From: an uncultured Actinomycetota bacterium
GTDB lineage: Bacteria > Actinomycetota > Actinomycetes > DATJPE01
Assembly: GCA_963819985.1 (NCBI GenBank)
Contig: CAWFYH010000005.1
Location: 531,710-595,709 of the forward strand
DNA: 64,000 bases
Direction of reading: 5' to 3'
The notes beneath the pieces are model-generated. The model saw only the letters and a list, made by a program, of their open reading frames with translations, made no database searches and had not been told where the DNA came from. The translations under genes were made by a program, and so were the position numbers. Every line of letters starts with the position of its first letter. The first letter of the stretch is position 1. Below are positions 20,202 to 32,495 of this stretch, one piece after another.

Positions 20202-21302
20202 ATGACGGCGCCGGCCACGGTGCGAACCGAGTCGCCGGTCTCAGCTCCGCGTCACCACTTCACCCGCTATGCCTGGATACCGGTCGGCCTCGCCGTCGCA
20301 TTCGAAGCCCTCGCATGGCTCACCGGCGACATCTGGCTGCATGTGCTCGCCGCACTCAGCGCAGCTGTCCTCATCGCCGCATTCTTGGAGAACCCACGCA
20401 TCAGCGGGCTCACTCTCGAGGTCGAGCACCCCCGATCGACGACCGTGGGAGAGACCTCGATTCACCGCTTCACGGTACGCAACACGGGACGACGTACGAC
20501 ATCGACAGGACATCTACGCGACCACACCCACGGTCTCGAGGACCTGTCGATCCTGTTGCCGCGCTTGGCTCCTGGTGCCAGCACCAGCATCGACGTTCCA
20601 CGCTCCGGCACGGCTCGTGGGGTCACTCCAGGTCATATCGTGCTGGTGAGCAGCTCGGCACCGTACGGGCTTCGGCTCGTGACCTGCGCGGTGCAGCTGA
20701 GGGCGGCCGTCATCGTCCGGCCATCGCTGGTGCCCGTGCCCGTCATCCGCCCGGTGGAACGCGAGCTCGACGAAGACTCGGGCCGCATCCAGCTGCGACG
20801 CGACGGTCCCACCGTTCGCGGATTGCGCGAGTGGCGCAGCGGAGACGACGCGCGGGCGGTCCACTGGCGTGCGAGCGCCCGGCGAGGCCAGCTCGTCGTC
20901 CTCGAGCGCGAAGCACCAAGACGTCCTACTCTCACGCTGCTGGCCATCACCGGCGCCAACCCGGAGCTGTGGGAGCACTCGGTCTCGGTGCTCGCCTCCG
21001 TGGCGTTACAGGGGATCCGGGCTGGGCTCGAGGTGAGCTTGTTCGCCGCGCAGGACGAGCACGACTCACTCATGGAACCCTCCATCGACGCCGTTCTGGA
21101 CGGTTGCGCAGCGCTGGCGCCGGCTGGCTGGCCATCGGCTGATCTCCTCGAGCGTGCCGCGTCCACCGCTGGTCCTGGAGGACGTATCCACGTGGTTGCC
21201 CACGGCATGGATCCCTCGGCCTGGCGGGAGCTGAGTGCCCGCCTCGCGGCGTACGGCGTGTCGGTGGTCGATGTTGCGAACCTGCGGACGCCCCGCCGAT
21301 GA
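20202..21302 (+). CDS. DUF58 domain protein
   Basis: GLREWRSGDDARAVHWRASARRG. Confidence 0.88.
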   Translation: MTAPATVRTESPVSAPRHHFTRYAWIPVGLAVAFEALAWLTGDIWLHVLAALSAAVLIAAFLENPRISGLTLEVEHPRSTTVGETSIHRFTVRNTGRRTTSTGHLRDHTHGLEDLSILLPRLAPGASTSIDVPRSGTARGVTPGHIVLVSSSAPYGLRLVTCAVQLRAAVIVRPSLVPVPVIRPVERELDEDSGRIQLRRDGPTVRGLREWRSGDDARAVHWRASARRGQLVVLEREAPRRPTLTLLAITGANPELWEHSVSVLASVALQGIRAGLEVSLFAAQDEHDSLMEPSIDAVLDGCAALAPAGWPSADLLERAASTAGPGGRIHVVAHGMDPSAWRELSARLAAYGVSVVDVANLRTPRR

Positions 21303-23425
21303 CACAGACTTCAGCGGACCATCGGTGCATCACTCCGGCGCGGGAGCCGCAACGACTGCCGGACGGCGTCGGCCTCGACGCGGGTGACGATCACCTGCTT
21401 CGGGCGCTCGTTGTCACCGCGACCGGATGCGGGGTGCTGGGCCTGGCGGTGTCCGGTCTGCTCTCCTCAGAAGGAGCGTTCTGGGGGCTCGCAGCCGTAG
21501 TCACCGCAGCCCTGCTTGCGTGGAGATGGCAGGGAGTCACCGGGCAGACGGTGCGCAAGGCGGCGAGCTTCGCAATCTTGTTGATCATCGCCGCTGCCCT
21601 CTTGGTGGGCCACGGACTGCAGCTCGAAGGGCTTCCTTCCACCTTGGCCAAGACGTTGCTGGGGCTGTGCGTGGCGCACACCTTGGTGCACGACAAGGAG
21701 CGCGATCTCGCGGTCGGCCTGCTGGTAGGGGCGATGATGCTCGTGCTGTCAGCGGGCACCGCCGTCGACCGGACCATGGCCGTGCCCTTGCTCGCCGGAT
21801 GGGCAGCCGTTCTGGGGTGCATCGTCGTGCTCCACCGAAATCATCAGGTACGGGCTGCGCACCTGATGGCCCCGCCGTCGAGGACAGCCCTCGCTCCTCG
21901 CCATTTCGGCACCGTCGCGCGCGCCATTGCGGCCGTCGCCATCACTGGGATGCTGCTGCTGCTGCTCGCCCCGCTTCCCAACGGCTCCTCCCTGCGAGAC
22001 CGACTGGCGGCCAGCGCCCTCCCCCCGAGCGGCCAACCGACGGTGGACGGCCGCAGCGTCGGCTTCTACTCCAACGGCCTTCTTGACCTGCGGGTCCGTG
22101 GCGACCTCCCGGAAGGCCCGGTGGCCTTCGTCGCCGGGGACGCGCCGGAGCTATGGCGAGGCACGGTCTACGACACCTACGACGGCACCACGTGGCAGGC
22201 AACTCCAGCAACCGGGATGGGTAGCTTCAGCCAGTTGCCGCAAGGGGTTGTGCTCCCACCACCGCCCGCCGACGGATCCAAGACCGAGCCGCCGTCGGAG
22301 ACGTACTCCGTGGCCGTCACAGACCGCTGGGACCACGTCATCCTGGCCCCTGGCCGGGTGGCCACGATCCGAGCCGACAGCCCGGTCCTCGATGGGGTCG
22401 GCATGCTGGTGCTTGCTGGTGATCCTGGGCCCGTGAACCTGGACGGGGACGGTGGATCACTGGCGCCGGCCTACGCGGCGGGAGTTGTTCCGATCCCCGA
22501 CGTCCATCAGATTCGCGACACTTCGGCCGGTGGACAGGACGCCGGACCAAGTTCGTTGTGGATGACGTTGCCGCCCAGCGTCCCCGCGCGCGTCCTGGAC
22601 CTCGGACGGTCGCTGACCGCGGGAGCTCCTGACCAGGCTGCAGCCATTGCCACGGTCGAGTCCTTCGTTCGCAGCAGCGCGAGGTACACCCTCGACTCGC
22701 CGGTTCCCAAGGCGGGGGAGGACGCTGTCGACGACTTCCTGTTCGTCTCACACCTGGGCTTCTGCGAGCAGTTCGCGAGCGCGGAGGTCGTCCTGCTCCG
22801 GGCCGGTGGCATCCCTGCCCGACTCGTGACCGGGTTCGCCTCGACGCCTTCGACTGAACCGAGCCGTCCGCTGCGCGGTGACGAGGCTCATGCCTGGGTC
22901 GAGGCATACGTGTCAGGTGTCGGCTGGGTCTCCTCCGACCCCACGGCGGGCGCAGAGCTCGCCTCCGAGTTTCAGTCATCCGGCACAAGCCTTCGGCAGC
23001 GCCTAGGTGATCTGTTGTCCAGCACCTACGGCCGCGTCGGAATCGCCTCGGTCATCCTGATCGTCCTGATCCTGTGGTTGGCCGTTCGCACGATCCGCCG
23101 GCGGGTGATCGTGAAGCAGCCGAGGTTTGCGTCTGCACGCCCGCGGGCTGGTGAGCCCGATCCGCTCCCGGCGTTCCGGCGCCTCGAGGACGCCTTGGTC
23201 GGAGCCCGGGCCGCGAGGTCACCCGACGAGACGGTCGATGAGCTCGCCGCGCGGATCACGACTCCGTCCAGCGATCGCAGCGCTTTCGCTGCTGTCGATG
23301 ACGCCTCTTACGCCCCGAGCCCACCGGACCCAAGGACCGCCGATGCGGCCGCGGCAAGCATCGACAGCCTCGCCGACCAGATCCGCCGAACCTCCCGCCC
23401 CACCCAACCCCGCCCACCCCGCTGA
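21299..23425 (+). CDS. TgpA-like membrane transglutaminase-domain protein
   Basis: Multi-TM N-terminus; GFCEQFAS, GIPARLVTGF, HAWVE..WVSSDPT (Cys-His-Asp). Confidence 0.88.
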   Translation: MTQTSADHRCITPAREPQRLPDGVGLDAGDDHLLRALVVTATGCGVLGLAVSGLLSSEGAFWGLAAVVTAALLAWRWQGVTGQTVRKAASFAILLIIAAALLVGHGLQLEGLPSTLAKTLLGLCVAHTLVHDKERDLAVGLLVGAMMLVLSAGTAVDRTMAVPLLAGWAAVLGCIVVLHRNHQVRAAHLMAPPSRTALAPRHFGTVARAIAAVAITGMLLLLLAPLPNGSSLRDRLAASALPPSGQPTVDGRSVGFYSNGLLDLRVRGDLPEGPVAFVAGDAPELWRGTVYDTYDGTTWQATPATGMGSFSQLPQGVVLPPPPADGSKTEPPSETYSVAVTDRWDHVILAPGRVATIRADSPVLDGVGMLVLAGDPGPVNLDGDGGSLAPAYAAGVVPIPDVHQIRDTSAGGQDAGPSSLWMTLPPSVPARVLDLGRSLTAGAPDQAAAIATVESFVRSSARYTLDSPVPKAGEDAVDDFLFVSHLGFCEQFASAEVVLLRAGGIPARLVTGFASTPSTEPSRPLRGDEAHAWVEAYVSGVGWVSSDPTAGAELASEFQSSGTSLRQRLGDLLSSTYGRVGIASVILIVLILWLAVRTIRRRVIVKQPRFASARPRAGEPDPLPAFRRLEDALVGARAARSPDETVDELAARITTPSSDRSAFAAVDDASYAPSPPDPRTADAAAASIDSLADQIRRTSRPTQPRPPR

Positions 23426-23433
23426 GGGTGACG

Positions 23434-23934
23434 TCAGCCGCGGGCCATCGCATCGACGCACACGGTGATAGCCAGCATCAAGGCGACGTCCGCTCCGTCG
23501 ACGACCTCGACACCATAGGTGTCACGGATCCGAAACCACTTCTTGGAGACAGTCGCCACCGTGTCGCCATCTCGTTCGATCTTGTACTCGTGGTCGAGGA
23601 TGTTTCCATGAGCCTTGATGTTCTCGGCGCCGTCGACATCGATGACGTAGTGGTCGCGGATCCCGATCAGCCTCTTGTGGACGGTGGCCTTGAAGTCGCC
23701 CCGCTCGATGGTCATCTTGTCGCGGACGCTGAGCTTCTTCTCCTGGATCTTGGCCAACTCGACGCCATGATCATCCTTGAGCAGGAACGTCTGGCGTAGG
23801 CGTACTGCCAAGCCATCGACCTTGAAGACCCGCTCTCCGTCCGCGTTCTCGATCCAGTAGTCGTCGCCGATGGCGAACATCTTCTCGCGCATCTGGAAGT
23901 GCTGAGCACCTGACGAGCCACGCCGCAATCCCAT
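23434..23934 (-). CDS. LURP-one-related / scramblase family protein
   Basis: FQMREKMFAIGDDYWIE, VSKKWFRIRDTYGVEV; TAGGCT 7 nt before ATG 23934. Confidence 0.85.
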   Translation of the reverse strand: MGLRRGSSGAQHFQMREKMFAIGDDYWIENADGERVFKVDGLAVRLRQTFLLKDDHGVELAKIQEKKLSVRDKMTIERGDFKATVHKRLIGIRDHYVIDVDGAENIKAHGNILDHEYKIERDGDTVATVSKKWFRIRDTYGVEVVDGADVALMLAITVCVDAMARG

Positions 23935-23997
23935 ACCCGCCAGCCTAGTCGCGCCGCCGGTCATCGCGGCTCGCACTGGCACAGGCAGAGGGAACTC

Positions 23998-24264
23998 TCA
24001 GCCACCCGCGAGGAGCGCCGCCAGCCGTGCTTCGGGTTCCTCGGCGCCGACGACTTCGACGATCTTGGTACGGCTGCCCGCTCCCGACCGGAGCCGAATG
24101 TCTCGTCGTCGTACGCCGAAGGCTCGCGCCACAGCGACCAGAGCCGCCTCGGTTGCGGCGCCATCCACCGCGCGAGCACTCACCCGCACGACCAGCGCCC
24201 CGTCATAGTCCCCGCCGACGAGTGGGCGGGCCGAGCCGGGACGAACCCGCACGGCGAATCGCAT
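23998..24264 (-). CDS. DUF167 family protein
   Basis: VRVRPG..VRVSARAVDGAAT, G..SRTK. Confidence 0.85.
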   Translation of the reverse strand: MRFAVRVRPGSARPLVGGDYDGALVVRVSARAVDGAATEAALVAVARAFGVRRRDIRLRSGAGSRTKIVEVVGAEEPEARLAALLAGG

Positions 24265-24273
24265 GAGGGCAGG

Positions 24274-26579
<2,306 letters not shown>

Positions 26580-26699
26580 GACACGCACCTCCTGCCCGGG
26601 TTTGTCGAGATCTCGGCCAGGTGCCGATTGTACGGGCGTCGCCGGCTGGGCTCGGGAACCTCCCAGGTTCTGGAAGCTGGGAACCGGGGAGTCCGACGC

Positions 26700-27272
26700 T
26701 CAATCCCGCAGCAGGGCGTCCGCCTCGGCTGCGATGGCGGTCTCCTCATCAGCGTCAAGGCGCTGGTGGCTGATCAGCGACAGCAGGGCGCGTTGGGCGG
26801 CCAGCGCGTGCTGGCCCCAGCTGGACAGATAGGAGAACTGCCACCACCACAGGGCCTCGGCCACTCGGCCGCCTTCGTAGTGCCGCAGACCGTGCGCGAG
26901 GTCGACCGCGATGTCGGCGACGTCGTCGCTGACCCGCCCGAGGTTGGGCTCACCGGGCAGGAGGGGGTCGAACACGAAGGCGTACTCGTCGATCCCTTCC
27001 AGCAGCTCGGCCAGACCCTCCCGGAGGGCATCCGGGTCAGGATCTGGTCCCGCGTCGGTCTCGTAGCGCTCTGCTGGGACGACGTCCTCCACCGCGGCCA
27101 GCATGGCTCCCGCCATCGAGATCTGGGCAAGCTGAACCACCAGGGCCGAGATCGCCGTGTCGGGGTCGTTCCCGTGGGCGATCTCGGCGGCACCGGCCAG
27201 GAAGGTCCGGGCGTGTGCCTCCACGTCACTGGCGAAGTCGACGAGGTCCTCGGGCATCAGCTCTCCTGTCAC
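26700..27272 (-). CDS. DUF5063 domain protein
   Basis: GLRHYEGGRVAEALWWWQFSYLSSWG; conserved recR-ask context. Confidence 0.85.
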   Translation of the reverse strand: MTGELMPEDLVDFASDVEAHARTFLAGAAEIAHGNDPDTAISALVVQLAQISMAGAMLAAVEDVVPAERYETDAGPDPDPDALREGLAELLEGIDEYAFVFDPLLPGEPNLGRVSDDVADIAVDLAHGLRHYEGGRVAEALWWWQFSYLSSWGQHALAAQRALLSLISHQRLDADEETAIAAEADALLRD

Positions 27273-27321
27273 GGTTGTTAGCCGTCCACCCTGTCAGATC
27301 GAGGCCAGGAGGGAAGGGACC

Positions 27322-27921
27322 TCAGACATCGAGCAGGCGACGGCCCTCGAAAGCGCGACCAAGGGTGACCTCGTCGGCGTACTCCAGGTCGCCCCCGACC
27401 GGCAAGCCACTTGCCAGCCTGGTGACGCGCAGCCCCATCGGCTTCACCAGGCGCGCGAGGTAGGTGGCGGTCGCCTCGCCTTCGAGGTTGGGATCGGTCG
27501 CAAGGATGAGTTCGGTCACGGCACCGTCAGCGAGTCGGGTCATGAGCTCTCGGACGCGCAGGTCGTCAGGCCCAATGCCCTCGATCGGGCTGATCGCGCC
27601 GCCCAGCACGTGGTAGCGCCCCCGGAACTCCCGCGTCTTCTCGACAGCCACGACGTCCTTGGGTTCCTCGACCACGCAGATCACCGAATCGTCGCGGCGG
27701 GTGTCGAGGCAGATCCGACACTCCTCGGCCTCCGCGACGTTGCCGCAGGTGCGACAGAACCGCACCTTGTCCTTGACCTCGGTGAGTGCGTGGACCAGCC
27801 GCCGTACGTCCGCCGGGTCCGCTGCAAGCAGGTAGAAGGCGATCCGCTGGGCGCTCTTCGGTCCGACTCCGGGCAGCCGCCCGAGCTCATCGATCAGGTC
27901 CTGGACCGCGCCCTCATACAC
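27322..27921 (-). CDS. recR: Recombination mediator RecR
   Basis: [12 protein letters not shown]4 zinc finger, [14 protein letters not shown]; TAGGCT 7 nt before GTG 27921. Confidence 0.97.
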   Translation of the reverse strand: MYEGAVQDLIDELGRLPGVGPKSAQRIAFYLLAADPADVRRLVHALTEVKDKVRFCRTCGNVAEAEECRICLDTRRDDSVICVVEEPKDVVAVEKTREFRGRYHVLGGAISPIEGIGPDDLRVRELMTRLADGAVTELILATDPNLEGEATATYLARLVKPMGLRVTRLASGLPVGGDLEYADEVTLGRAFEGRRLLDV

Positions 27922-28030
27922 GCCGGCCAGCCTATGTCCACGCCGGGACACCAACGCGCAAGCCGACGGCGTGGGGAGGGAGGGGCGGGCCAAAGCAGTA
28001 GACGCGGGGGGAGCGAGGCACGACCATCGG

Positions 28031-28660
28031 ATGATGTCGCCCGACCCCTCCCAACAGGCACTCGCGGGCTCGCACCTGTCGCCAGCGGCACCGGAGTTGA
28101 TAGATCTCGGTCGACTCGTCCTGCGTCGTTGGCGGGTCGCCGACGTCGAGGCGCAGGACCGGCTCGTGGCGAGTTCGGTGATCCATCTGACACCGTTCAT
28201 GGGATGGGCGCAGAACAGCGGTCCGGAGATGTCACGCGAGTTCCTGGAGCGCACCGAGCGCGAATGGGTCGCCCGCGAGTCCTTCCAGTACTCGATGAGG
28301 CTGCCCGGCGAAGCGACGATGGTGGGTTCCTGCGGGCTGATGGCCCGAATCGGGGAGGGCGCCTTGGAGATCGGCTACTGGGTGGCCGTGGATCAGGTGG
28401 GACGGGGCTTCGCAACGCTCTCCGCGGCCGGGTTGACCGACGTCGGCTTCAGCCTGGCTGGCATCGACCGGATCGAGATCCACCACGACCGGGCCAACGT
28501 CGTGAGCGAACGGGTACCTGCGCGGCTGGGATTCACCCGGCTGCGGGAGCAGGCAGTCGAGCCAACCTCGCCCGCGGAGACGGGTACGCACGTGATCTGG
28601 GCGATGTCACGCGAAACGTGGGCCGCTAGTCCCGGAGCCCTGCTGCTACGCGGGACCTAG
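28031..28660 (+). CDS. RimJ/RimL GNAT acetyltransferase
   Basis: [27 protein letters not shown]. Confidence 0.85.
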   Translation: MMSPDPSQQALAGSHLSPAAPELIDLGRLVLRRWRVADVEAQDRLVASSVIHLTPFMGWAQNSGPEMSREFLERTEREWVARESFQYSMRLPGEATMVGSCGLMARIGEGALEIGYWVAVDQVGRGFATLSAAGLTDVGFSLAGIDRIEIHHDRANVVSERVPARLGFTRLREQAVEPTSPAETGTHVIWAMSRETWAASPGALLLRGT

Positions 28661-28737
28661 GGACAACCCCTCGTCGCCTAGTGGTCGAAAGTTGGTTTCG
28701 CGCCGCCCGAATCTCGAAATATTCGTCCGCCTCCACG

Positions 28738-30762
28738 TCAGCCCGGGCCGAACTCGCCGATGACCTTCCCACCGAGTTCACGCGCGACCAGATCGGCTCC
28801 CGCCACGTCTGGGTCATCGGCGTCCTCGTCGTCATCGTCTGCCCGGTCGTCCTCGGGCCGGACGGTGGGAGTCGCCGGCGATACAGACGCTGGCTCGTGG
28901 ACCGGCGCCGATCTCCCGTCCTCCGACGCGGCGCCATCAGGGTCGGACGGACCGTCAGGCGGCCCGCCGGCTGAGCCGGTTGACGCCGCGGACTCGTCCG
29001 CTGGTGAAGGGGCGTTCGGCTGGACAGAAGTCGGTGCCGTCGCAGCGGGCGACGGGCCAGCGGTGGCGACATTGGGGTCCAGCACGGCGTCGATTCGGCG
29101 ATCGAGACCGAGTACGTCGATCAACGCCTGCCGCACGATCTCGTCATGACCACTGCCCGAGAACGCCCGCCGCTTGCCCTCGTTGGCAAAGGCAAGCACG
29201 AGGACTCGGTCATCGAGCGACGTCACCTGCACCTGCTCCATCAGCAGCATCCAGGTCACGCGGCGGCTTTGCTTCACCCGCTCGAGAACCTGGGGCCACA
29301 GCTGCCGGATGGCGTGGACATCGACGCCGGCCGGAGCCGATGGCGCCTCCGCCGACGCGCCGACCGACGGTGGCTCGGTCTCGGAGGAGATCGTCGCCCG
29401 CGCTGGCGCTTCCTCTTCGGTCGCCACTGGCGTGCCGACCGCCCGCGTCTGTGGCCCAGCCTTCTCCGTGTTCGCCGGTGCCGGTTCCGGCGAGGGCTGG
29501 GTCAGCGCGGCGTCCTTCACAGGCGTGGGGGAGGCGTCCTGGGGTTCGTCGCGTGGCGCAGCCCGTAGGTCCTGCGGTGGCGCCGACGCTCCCGGACCGA
29601 CCATGTCGAGGCGACGTTCGAGTCGGTCCAACCGAGCGTGAGCGCCTCGTGCATCCTCCTCGACCCCGGGGAGCAGCACCCGTGCGCACACGATCTCCAA
29701 CAACAGGCGCGGAGCCACCGCACCACGCATGTCGGCCAGCCCCGTGTTCACGACGTCCGCCGCCCGGGTCAGCTCCGCCGGTCCGAAACGAGCAGCCTGC
29801 AACCTCAGCCGCTCGAGCTTGTCGGCCGGGGCGCGGACGATCCCGTGATCGGCGGCGTCCGGGACGGACTCAAGAACGAGCAGGTCGCGCAGCCGCTCGA
29901 GCAGATCCTCGGCGAAGCGGCGAGGATCATGCCCCGTCTCGACCACGCGGTCGACGGCCCGGAACATCGCACCCGCATCGTGCGCCGCGAAGGCGTCGAT
30001 GACGTCGTCGATGAGCGACTCCTCGCTGAAGCCGAGCAAGGACGCCGCCAACGCATAGGTGACCCCGTCCTCACCCGATCCGGCGATCAACTGGTCGAGC
30101 ACCGACATGGAGTCACGGACGGAACCGCCACCGGCGCGGACGACGAGGGCCAGTGCGGCCTCGTCGATGGTCACCGCTTCGGCCTCGGCGATCCGACGCA
30201 GGTGCGCCTCGAGCGCACGAGGGGCGACCAGCCGGAACGGGTAGTGGTGGGTCCGCGAGCGGATGGTTTGAAGGACCTTCTCCGGCTCGGTCGTCGCGAA
30301 GACGAACTTCAGGTGCTCGGGCGGCTCCTCGACCAGCTTGAGCAAGGCGTTGAAGCCCTCCCGGCTGACCATGTGCGCCTCGTCGATGACATAGACCTTG
30401 AACCGGCTGGCCACCGGAGCGAAGAACGCCTTCTCGCGGAGGTCTCGAGCGTCATCGACGCCGCCGTGGCTCGCTGCGTCGATCTCGACGACATCGATGC
30501 TGCCGGGGCCGTTGGGAGCCAGCTCCACACAGGACCGGCAGGTGCCACACGGTTCTGGCGTGGGGCCTTGGTCGCAGTTGAGCGCGCGGGCCAGAATGCG
30601 AGCGCTGGACGTCTTTCCGCAGCCACGGGGGCCGCTGAACAGATAAGCGTGATGAACCCGGTTGCTGCGCAAGGCCTGCTGCAGGGGCTCGGTCACATGC
30701 TCCTGACCGACCACCTCCGCGAACGTGGCGGGGCGGTATTTCCGGTACAGAGCGAGGGACAC
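28738..30762 (-). CDS. dnaX: DNA polymerase III gamma/tau
   Basis: ALYRKYRP, GPRGCGKT, IDEAHM, LLKLVEEPP. Confidence 0.97.
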   Translation of the reverse strand: MSLALYRKYRPATFAEVVGQEHVTEPLQQALRSNRVHHAYLFSGPRGCGKTSSARILARALNCDQGPTPEPCGTCRSCVELAPNGPGSIDVVEIDAASHGGVDDARDLREKAFFAPVASRFKVYVIDEAHMVSREGFNALLKLVEEPPEHLKFVFATTEPEKVLQTIRSRTHHYPFRLVAPRALEAHLRRIAEAEAVTIDEAALALVVRAGGGSVRDSMSVLDQLIAGSGEDGVTYALAASLLGFSEESLIDDVIDAFAAHDAGAMFRAVDRVVETGHDPRRFAEDLLERLRDLLVLESVPDAADHGIVRAPADKLERLRLQAARFGPAELTRAADVVNTGLADMRGAVAPRLLLEIVCARVLLPGVEEDARGAHARLDRLERRLDMVGPGASAPPQDLRAAPRDEPQDASPTPVKDAALTQPSPEPAPANTEKAGPQTRAVGTPVATEEEAPARATISSETEPPSVGASAEAPSAPAGVDVHAIRQLWPQVLERVKQSRRVTWMLLMEQVQVTSLDDRVLVLAFANEGKRRAFSGSGHDEIVRQALIDVLGLDRRIDAVLDPNVATAGPSPAATAPTSVQPNAPSPADESAASTGSAGGPPDGPSDPDGAASEDGRSAPVHEPASVSPATPTVRPEDDRADDDDEDADDPDVAGADLVARELGGKVIGEFGPG

Positions 30763-30822
30763 GCGGCCACCCTATGCGCGGTCAACGACAGCCCGCTCGG
30801 GTCGTCCACCGCGCCCAACGCA

Positions 30823-30915
30823 GCGACCCCCCGCGCACCCGCCAGAGCCCGCCTGCCCTTGCTGCCTTCCGGCCCTGGGGGAGTTCAGCAGGGTGACGCC
30901 GCACGAGGGGTCGGC
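30823..30915 (-). ncRNA. ffs: Signal recognition particle 4.5S RNA
   Basis: CCAGGGCCGGAAGGCAGCA domain IV motif in a long hairpin closed by GACCCC/GGGGTC; upstream of dnaX. Confidence 0.92.
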
Positions 30916-31066
30916 GCCCATCGTACGGGCAACGGTTCGACCGGAGATGCCGGTCCACTCGTCCGCGCCCCGCCAGAAACGCGGCCCGGGGAGACGGCAG
31001 GTTGAGGTGGCCCGGCCGTACGGCCACGATTTCGGAGCCGTACGCCCCGCCGGTATCCTCAACGAC

Positions 31067-31154
31067 GGAGGATTCGCATAGTGGCCGAGTGCGCACGCTT
31101 GGAAAGCGTGTAGGGGGCAACCTCTCGCGGGTTCAAATCCCGCATCCTCCGCCA
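31067..31154 (+). tRNA. tRNA-Ser(GGA)
   Basis: GGAGGAT/ATCCTCC stem, CACGC-TTGGAAA-GCGTG, long variable arm, encoded CCA. Confidence 0.97.
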
Positions 31155-31296
31155 AAGCGCCGCCGGATGTGCTCGGCAAGAGGCCCTTCGGATCTCCGCC
31201 GAGTCCGGGGTCACAAGGGTGACTCGACGAGCGGTTAGAAGCGGGGCGATCGCCCACCCTGACATCGCCCCGTCTCGTCCAGCCTGTTCTCAAGTC

Positions 31297-31357
31297 GAGA
31301 AGTGGTCCAAGATTCGGACATTTCAGACGCGGAAAGGGCGATCTGTGACCACTTCTT
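31297..31357. repeat. ~60-nt imperfect palindrome (REP-like)
   Basis: AGAAGTGGTC ... GACCACTTCT terminal inverted repeat. Confidence 0.65.
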
Positions 31358-31468
31358 GCTGCTGCGTCTGCGCACCGCAGGGTCTGCGCCGAAAAGACCC
31401 CGCACCCCGCTCCGCAAGACCGCAAGAACGATCAAGACTGCCGAGCAACGGTCGGTCAGGATTGCTGC

Positions 31469-32446
31469 ATGGACGCCATCACCGAACCCCAGGTCGACCG
31501 GCTGAGGTCGATCCTCGAGCTCGTCGAAGACAGCCTGGACGAGCCTGAACTCACCGGCGAGGACCTCGCCGCTCGGGCCCACCTGTCGCGCTACCACTTC
31601 GACCGGCTGGTGAGCGCCGCACTCGGCGAGGCGCCCGGAGCGTTTCGCCGCCGCCTGCTTCTCGAACGAGCCGCCCACCGGCTCAGCTCATCCGAGGACA
31701 GGGTCATCGAGATCGGGCTGGACGCCGGCTATGCCTCCCCCGAAGCCTTCACCCGCGCCTTCACCCGCGCCTACGCCCTGACCCCCACCGAGCTTCGACG
31801 CACTCGCCGACCACCGCACGATCTCACCGGACCGAGCGCGGTGCACTTCCACCCACCCGGCGGCCTCCGGCTGCCACCGACCACAAGGAGCAACGCCATG
31901 GACACCCTGGTCAAGATGATCGATCACCATCTGTGGTTGGTAGGAGAGATCGTCGACCGTACGGCTGCCGTCGACGACACCGTCCTCGACCGCCCCATCG
32001 AGCTGAGCGTGGAGGGCATCGATGAAGAGCCCACCCTTCGCAGCGTGACCAACCGCTTGGTGGGACAGCTGGAGATGTGGAACACCGCCGTCGAGGGCGG
32101 CACCGCGATGCCTCCCGAAGGCGATCAGTCACCGGCCGGGATGCGCGAGCGACTCGACGCCGCGGGACCACGGTTTCGCGAGATCGTGGTAGCCCCTCTC
32201 CAGGAAGGGCGGGCCGGAGAGACATTTATCGACGCGGTATGCGAACCGCCGGAGACATTCACGATCGGCGGCATGGTCGCCCACGTCCTGACCTTCTCCG
32301 CCGTCCGCCGAACCATGGCCATCGGCGCACTTGAGACGGCCGGCATCTCCGACCTCGGCTCGGGAGATCCCATGCACTTCGTCGGTGGGACCGGCAACGA
32401 CGCCTCAACCATCAGCCGTACGTCTTCGGACCGCGCGACCAGCTAG
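31469..32446 (+). CDS. AraC-family regulator fused to a DinB-like C-terminal domain
   Basis: AHLSRYHFDR, GYASPEAFTRAF; C-terminal MIDHHLW...AHVLTFSAVRR. Confidence 0.85.
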   Translation: MDAITEPQVDRLRSILELVEDSLDEPELTGEDLAARAHLSRYHFDRLVSAALGEAPGAFRRRLLLERAAHRLSSSEDRVIEIGLDAGYASPEAFTRAFTRAYALTPTELRRTRRPPHDLTGPSAVHFHPPGGLRLPPTTRSNAMDTLVKMIDHHLWLVGEIVDRTAAVDDTVLDRPIELSVEGIDEEPTLRSVTNRLVGQLEMWNTAVEGGTAMPPEGDQSPAGMRERLDAAGPRFREIVVAPLQEGRAGETFIDAVCEPPETFTIGGMVAHVLTFSAVRRTMAIGALETAGISDLGSGDPMHFVGGTGNDASTISRTSSDRATS

Positions 32447-32495
32447 CCCACTTGCGTGAGCCGGGGCGGGGGGGACCCCACCCTCGTGGAAGAGT

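Noticed and set aside
26580-26700. Lysine riboswitch before ask
   Set aside because: Region too short, a TACAAT -10 lies close to the gene, and no L-box motifs are seen
28738-30762. Programmed frameshift site in dnaX
   Set aside because: No A-AAA-AAG or long A/T slippery run seen in the Pro/Ala-rich linker
31343-31356. Integrase arm site at tRNA-Ser(GGA) (CTGTGACCACTTCT matches the islet repeat)
   Set aside because: Single copy forming the 3' arm of a local palindrome; no integrase or att duplication seen; coincidence not fully excluded
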